The notes beneath the pieces are model-generated. The model was not told the DNA's origin. It searched no databases and saw nothing but the letters and a program-made list of their open reading frames with translations. From positions 1 to 56,265 of the IMG/VR virus record IMGVR_UViG_3300036857_000084: a DNA stretch of 56,265 nt; one strand, 5' to 3'. The position numbers and the translations under genes were made by a program. The stretch comes from a virus. Its lineage: Duplodnaviria; Caudoviricetes. Shown here piece after piece: positions 51,939 through 56,265 of this stretch (position 1 is the stretch's first letter; the number at the start of each line of letters is the position of its first letter).

Positions 51939-52134
51939 TGTCGGCAAGGGTCAGCAAGGACTGCCGGGCCCACGCGGTCCTGCTGGTCCTCCTGGGGAGC
52001 GCGGCCCTGCCGGTCCCAAGGGCGACAAGGGTGACACTGGCGGCACGACTTGCCCCGCAGGCTACGCACTCATCGATCTGGTCATCAATCATCCAGGTGG
52101 GCAGACAACCATTCTGACCTGCGAGAAGCAATGA
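51826..52134 (+). CDS. Membrane-anchored collagen-like protein (lysis cassette)
   Basis: TM/signal helix, G-X-Y run, CPAGY...C tail. Confidence 0.72.
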   Translation: MRLPVLIIAMSLILAGGAGFLTAQALSQNEPTKTVTIDVGKGQQGLPGPRGPAGPPGERGPAGPKGDKGDTGGTTCPAGYALIDLVINHPGGQTTILTCEKQ

Positions 52135-52259
52135 ACGACACTCACTCAATCTGTCCCAAGACCGGCATCTACCATCGGTGGATCGTCGTACATGGGCACC
52201 TACAGTGCGTGGACTGCCGTACCGTCTTGCCCTGTTGTGAGGGGGCTCCAAATGGCTGA
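52131..52259 (+). CDS. Small Cys/His-rich protein
   Basis: CP....H...CVDC....CCEG; ATGA overlap. Confidence 0.5.
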   Translation: MNDTHSICPKTGIYHRWIVVHGHLQCVDCRTVLPCCEGAPNG

Positions 52260-53310
52260 TCACTACGACAAGCTGACAGAGTCCGAGAAGGCATACTGGG
52301 ACATCTACACGCGCCTGCGGGATCTCAGCGACTGGGCTGGATTCGATGACCGCCAGGACGAGGCTCGTCAGGCCGCCCGCGACTGGCTCGTCAATCAGCG
52401 CAAGTTCATCTGGCGGTGCGCTGAGGGCAAGGTGCCTGGCTACAAGCCCGGCTGGGATATCAACCAGCGCAGCCAACGCTACGAGCAGCTCAAGGACGAT
52501 AAGCTCAACAATGGCACGTGTCGCCGCCTCTGTCAGCTTCCCACATCGGGCGGTATGACGGACAGCGAGAAGGTGTTCATCTCCGAGCGCGAGATGTGGT
52601 GGCGAGTCAACTCGGTCGATGATCAGACCAAGAAGTGGCGTCAGCGCAACGCCGACTGGCTCACGAGTCGGCGCAAGCAGGTCTGGCATCTGATGTACGA
52701 TCCGACGCCCGACGACTTCAGCAGCAACCGCAAGGCGCGCTACAACAACCTCTGCATCGCCACCAAGACGGGCACGCCATATGATGAGTGGGCCAAGAAG
52801 TACAACACGACCACCGGCGAGCCCAAGAGCGGTGGCGGCAAGTCAAGTCGCTCCAAGTGCAAGGACTGGCTCGATTCCTACCTTGGCGTCTCGGAATCCC
52901 CGCCCAACTCCAACAAGGGCCAGCCGCAGCCCAGCAAGTGGCAACAGCGCGTGTACGGAGATGATGGCGTTCCGTGGTGCGCGTGCTTCGCTGTGTGCTC
53001 AGCTTGGGATCAGGGTATCTCTGGCTCAGGCACAGCCGGTGTTGCCAATAACACTCAGCTAGCCAAGCAGGGCAAGGGCATCTACAAGGGCTACACGACG
53101 GACCCTAGCAAGATCCATGCCGGCGATCATGCCTTCATCGGTGACGATCATACCGGTGTGGTCTACGACCGCGACAAGGGCATCACAGTCGAGGGCAATA
53201 CATCACCAGGATCGGAGGGCAGCCAGTACAACGGAGGATGCGTAGCAAAGCGCCAGCGCGGCTGGGGCTATTGGACTGGGTTCGGTCTCGTCAGGTTCCC
53301 CGATGACTGA
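52252..53310 (+). CDS. Endolysin with C-terminal CHAP domain
   Basis: YLGVSE.PP.SN, PWCACF, DHTGVV, TVEGNTS. Confidence 0.85.
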   Translation: MADHYDKLTESEKAYWDIYTRLRDLSDWAGFDDRQDEARQAARDWLVNQRKFIWRCAEGKVPGYKPGWDINQRSQRYEQLKDDKLNNGTCRRLCQLPTSGGMTDSEKVFISEREMWWRVNSVDDQTKKWRQRNADWLTSRRKQVWHLMYDPTPDDFSSNRKARYNNLCIATKTGTPYDEWAKKYNTTTGEPKSGGGKSSRSKCKDWLDSYLGVSESPPNSNKGQPQPSKWQQRVYGDDGVPWCACFAVCSAWDQGISGSGTAGVANNTQLAKQGKGIYKGYTTDPSKIHAGDHAFIGDDHTGVVYDRDKGITVEGNTSPGSEGSQYNGGCVAKRQRGWGYWTGFGLVRFPDD

Positions 53311-53552
53311 TGACTCTGCCTTCGCCTCCGCAGCGCGACAAAGTGATCCTCGCCGCTGTGATCGGCGGTGGGGTATGCTTGTTTGCAGTCATCGTCGGGA
53401 TTGCCATGCTCGGGTGGCATTCAAATTCAGTCACAGAGGTTGCTACTACTGGACTGACTTCAATCGGCGCCACTCTCGCTGGCGGTTTCGCCGGGTGGAT
53501 CGCAAGAGGGCGCTATGAGGAGGACAGAGATGGCAGATCCAACGGCAACTGA
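53310..53552 (+). CDS. Holin-like protein (2 TM)
   Basis: Two hydrophobic helices and a charged C-terminus; follows the endolysin. Confidence 0.62.
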   Translation: MTLPSPPQRDKVILAAVIGGGVCLFAVIVGIAMLGWHSNSVTEVATTGLTSIGATLAGGFAGWIARGRYEEDRDGRSNGN

Positions 53553-53712
53553 CCCGCGCGACCCTGGCTCAGACGAGCAGATGGGACCCGAGCGGCTGGA
53601 CGAAATCCAGCACAAGCTCGACCTGGAAGAAGCAGATATGGTCGAGGAAGAACGTCGCACGGCAGCGGCACCAACCACCCCAACACCAGACGATACGGAG
53701 ACACGAGAATGA
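53530..53712 (+). CDS. Acidic hypothetical protein
   Basis: GAGGAGG RBS; ATGA coupling. Confidence 0.5.
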   Translation: MADPTATDPRDPGSDEQMGPERLDEIQHKLDLEEADMVEEERRTAAAPTTPTPDDTETRE

Positions 53713-53933
53713 CCGAGGAAGAGCGTCACGACGAGGCCGAGCCCGATCAGCAGAGCGACGCTGACGAGCAGGACGAGGGTGGCCACGGCGCAGACCAGCC
53801 GCCCGAGGACGCAGGCGATCCGACCAAGTTCGGCGAGCCGGGGCACCCCGCACCCGTAGGGCCGCCGCAGCCGGAGGCCGAGCAGGAGGACGACGACAGC
53901 GATGACGAGGAGGACAGCGACGACGAGTCCTAG
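53709..53933 (+). CDS. Very acidic disordered protein
   Basis: D/E/P-rich ORF. Confidence 0.55.
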   Translation: MTEEERHDEAEPDQQSDADEQDEGGHGADQPPEDAGDPTKFGEPGHPAPVGPPQPEAEQEDDDSDDEEDSDDES

Positions 53934-54017
53934 GAGGCAGGCGCAGCCACCAGCTCTGGGCGCTGGTTAGGTTGTGATCTCCCCCATAGTTGGGACCGAA
54001 AGTTGAAAGGGCAGACC

Positions 54018-56237
54018 ATGGGAGCAGGCATCGGAACAGACTCGTTTGATCAGGCGCCGACGTCAGAAATCGGTCGCGGCGTCAGCTCGGTCTTCGAGTT
54101 CACCGGCCTGCTCCCGTGGGGTCAGTGGCAGGATGACGTCGAGAAGGCGCCAGACCTACAATGGCCAAAGTCGGTCCAGATCTACGACCAGATGCGGAAC
54201 GACAGTCAGTGCCAAGGTCTGTACCTTGGCGCGACGGCAGCGATTCAGCGCTACATCTGGTACATTGACCCGAATGACTGTCCGACACAGTGGGTCAACT
54301 TGCTCGCCGCCGACCTGAACCTCCCGGTCGGGCTGGACGCTGCGAAGCAGGCTCATGAGACGGGACAGAAGCGTGGCGCGCTGCGGACGGACAACCGCTT
54401 CAGCTGGTACAACCATCTGCGCGATGCGCTCAAGGCCATGTACTATGGCTACTACTACTTCGAGCAGTCAGGTGAGATAGTGTTCGACGGCCCCAACGGT
54501 CGTCAGCGCTGGCAACTTCGCAAGCTCGCACCTCGGCACCCCCGGACGATCACCGAGATATGGGTAAGCGACGATGGCGGGCTTCTGTTCGTGAAGCAAG
54601 GCTACGGACTGGGTGCTCGGGAGGCGAGGATGCTCGGGATGCCAGTGGGGGCTCCTGAGATCCCGATTGATCGGATGGTCTGCTACGTGTGGGACCAGGA
54701 GCCGGGCAACTGGGTGGGTCACTCCATCTTCCGGCCGATGTACCGCAACTATCTGATCAAGGACCGGCTCCTGCGGGTGGACGCGATCAAGCACGAGCGC
54801 AACGGCGTCGGCATGCCGATTGTCGAAGCGCCTGAGGGTGCATCAGGCCCTCAGATCCAGGAGCTTGATCGTATGGCGCAGGAGTACAAGGTTGGGGAGC
54901 GCGGTGGGGGTGCCTTGCCGTACGGAGCAAAGCTGACGCTCCAAGGCACACAAGGGGCGCTCCCCGACACAATCGCCAGCATGCGCTTCCAGAATGAGGA
55001 GATGGCGCGTAGCCTCCTCATGATGTTCTTCCAACTGGGGCAAACTGACACTGGCAGTCGCGCCCTCGGTGAGAGTTTCATCGACTGGTTCTCGCTACAG
55101 CAAGAGATGATCGCTGATTGGATCGTGTCGGTTGACAATCCACATCTGATTGGCGATTGGTGGCGCTGGAATGTGGACGATCAGACCGACCACTTCCCGC
55201 TACTTGCGTACCACAAGGACGAGGCCGCCCAGGTACGCATGAATGACTTTCGCGGGGTGAACATGCCGCCCGAACTTCAGCCTCAACAGCAGGCGTCCCG
55301 CGCTCGCCTGCCGAGGCGTGCGTCGTCCAGTCCCGACGCACGAGCGGGCATGCCATCCCTGCCCGTAGGCGGAGCGGTGGGTAGCAACAACGGGAATGAG
55401 GCCCTCGAACCTCCTGGTCTCGTGGCCCTGGCTCCCGCCGCTCCGGCATTTCCATGGGTCGAACTGCAGCCTGCCTGGCCATACAGGCGGCAGCTGTACG
55501 ATCACGAAATCCAGGCTGCGCTGAGCCCGCAGCAACTCGATGAAATGTTCACGACGGCGATTGACGAAGTCGTGCATTACTGGATGACGGCGGTCAGACC
55601 GGCTCAGCTGGCCGAGATCAACTCCAACCTGTCACAAGTGCGGACCACGGATCTGGAACGACTGGTGCGGGTTAGCGCCTCACCCCTGGGCGCTGAGGAG
55701 TTGTTTGCCCGTCTGAAGGTGGCGGCACAGGAGGCGGTGGCAGAAGCCACTCGCGAAGTGGTATCGCAAGGACAGCCGCCTCCCGCCGTCAACTGGGATG
55801 AGATAGAACTTGACCTGCGCTCAAGGGCAACCGCGATGGCAGATGTGATGGCATCGGAGCTCAGCGATGCTGCCGGGAGGACCGCGCTGAGGAGAACGTC
55901 GGACGTGATTTCGTCGCAGACGCTCGCCGATGAAGTGACGACGGAGCTTGCGGGAGTTTCCGACTCAGCCATTTCAGACCGCTTGGCCGGGACGGTTCAG
56001 GCTGCTGTGAACACGGGGCGTCTAGCAGTTTACGACGCAACAAATCAGCAGCCTGAACTGTTCGCCAGTGAGATCCTGGATCGCAATACCTGCCGCAATT
56101 GCATCCAGGTTGACGGCATGCGGCTGACCCGCGAGGATGCCGCCAGGCTCTATGCCTCGGGCGGCTACGTCAACTGTCTTGGTCGGGACCGCTGTCGCGG
56201 CACGGTTGTGGCCACCTACGCAACAGGAGAGTTCTGA
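54018..56237 (+). CDS. Portal protein (DUF935/Mu gp29-like) fused to MuF-like minor head domain
   Basis: KLAPR.P.TI, NW.G.S..R..Y..Y..KD.L......HERNG.GMP, GSRALG; C-terminal SEILD.NTC..C...DG...C.G..RCRG. Confidence 0.88.
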   Translation: MGAGIGTDSFDQAPTSEIGRGVSSVFEFTGLLPWGQWQDDVEKAPDLQWPKSVQIYDQMRNDSQCQGLYLGATAAIQRYIWYIDPNDCPTQWVNLLAADLNLPVGLDAAKQAHETGQKRGALRTDNRFSWYNHLRDALKAMYYGYYYFEQSGEIVFDGPNGRQRWQLRKLAPRHPRTITEIWVSDDGGLLFVKQGYGLGAREARMLGMPVGAPEIPIDRMVCYVWDQEPGNWVGHSIFRPMYRNYLIKDRLLRVDAIKHERNGVGMPIVEAPEGASGPQIQELDRMAQEYKVGERGGGALPYGAKLTLQGTQGALPDTIASMRFQNEEMARSLLMMFFQLGQTDTGSRALGESFIDWFSLQQEMIADWIVSVDNPHLIGDWWRWNVDDQTDHFPLLAYHKDEAAQVRMNDFRGVNMPPELQPQQQASRARLPRRASSSPDARAGMPSLPVGGAVGSNNGNEALEPPGLVALAPAAPAFPWVELQPAWPYRRQLYDHEIQAALSPQQLDEMFTTAIDEVVHYWMTAVRPAQLAEINSNLSQVRTTDLERLVRVSASPLGAEELFARLKVAAQEAVAEATREVVSQGQPPPAVNWDEIELDLRSRATAMADVMASELSDAAGRTALRRTSDVISSQTLADEVTTELAGVSDSAISDRLAGTVQAAVNTGRLAVYDATNQQPELFASEILDRNTCRNCIQVDGMRLTREDAARLYASGGYVNCLGRDRCRGTVVATYATGEF

Positions 56238-56239
56238 TG

Positions 56240-56265
56240 GATCTACAGGTTGTGGTTCTCGACCA
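56240..56265. repeat. Terminal direct repeat, identical to 1-26
   Basis: Exact 26-nt match to the window start. Confidence 0.95.

Noticed and set aside
1-56265. Lysogeny module, tRNAs, introns or inteins
   Set aside because: No integrase or ParA motifs, no cloverleaf, and no insertions in DnaE, TerL or the helicases were seen by eye

Overview
Apparently complete, circularly permuted genome (~56.24 kb; bases 1-26 are repeated exactly at 56240-56265) of a high-GC tailed phage with a contractile tail (sheath, tube, baseplate J/W/I). All credible genes are on the + strand, and I saw no integrase, clear repressor, tRNA or CRISPR array, so it is probably lytic. Gene order: head/tail/baseplate/fibres (1-20.0 kb); small genes, a secreted Rpf-type transglycosylase, an SNF2 helicase and three secreted proteins (20.2-26.3 kb); replication and nucleotide metabolism (PD-(D/E)XK nuclease, Sak4-like ATPase, SSB-like protein with SAP repeats, primase-MCM fusion, FAD oxidoreductase, HAD phosphatase, Nmad1-like protein, DnaE, ThyX, MazG-like, RuvC-like; 26.4-41.5 kb); small early genes (41.7-46.6 kb); a ~735-bp non-coding control region; two paralogous tandem-HTH proteins; TerS/TerL, lysis cassette and a portal-MuF fusion (49.6-56.2 kb). 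The host is inferred to be a non-mycolate actinobacterium, possibly Thermoleophilia/Solirubrobacterales. The most notable unexplained signals are a ~220-nt multi-stem putative RNA before the primase, a 94-bp ungapped element present twice in inverted orientation 19.5 kb apart, four promoters whose -35 is replaced by 11-bp-phased CTTTA(G/T)G repeats, a possible DNA-modification cassette and a stand-alone secreted Rpf. All calls come from reading motifs by eye; no searches were run.
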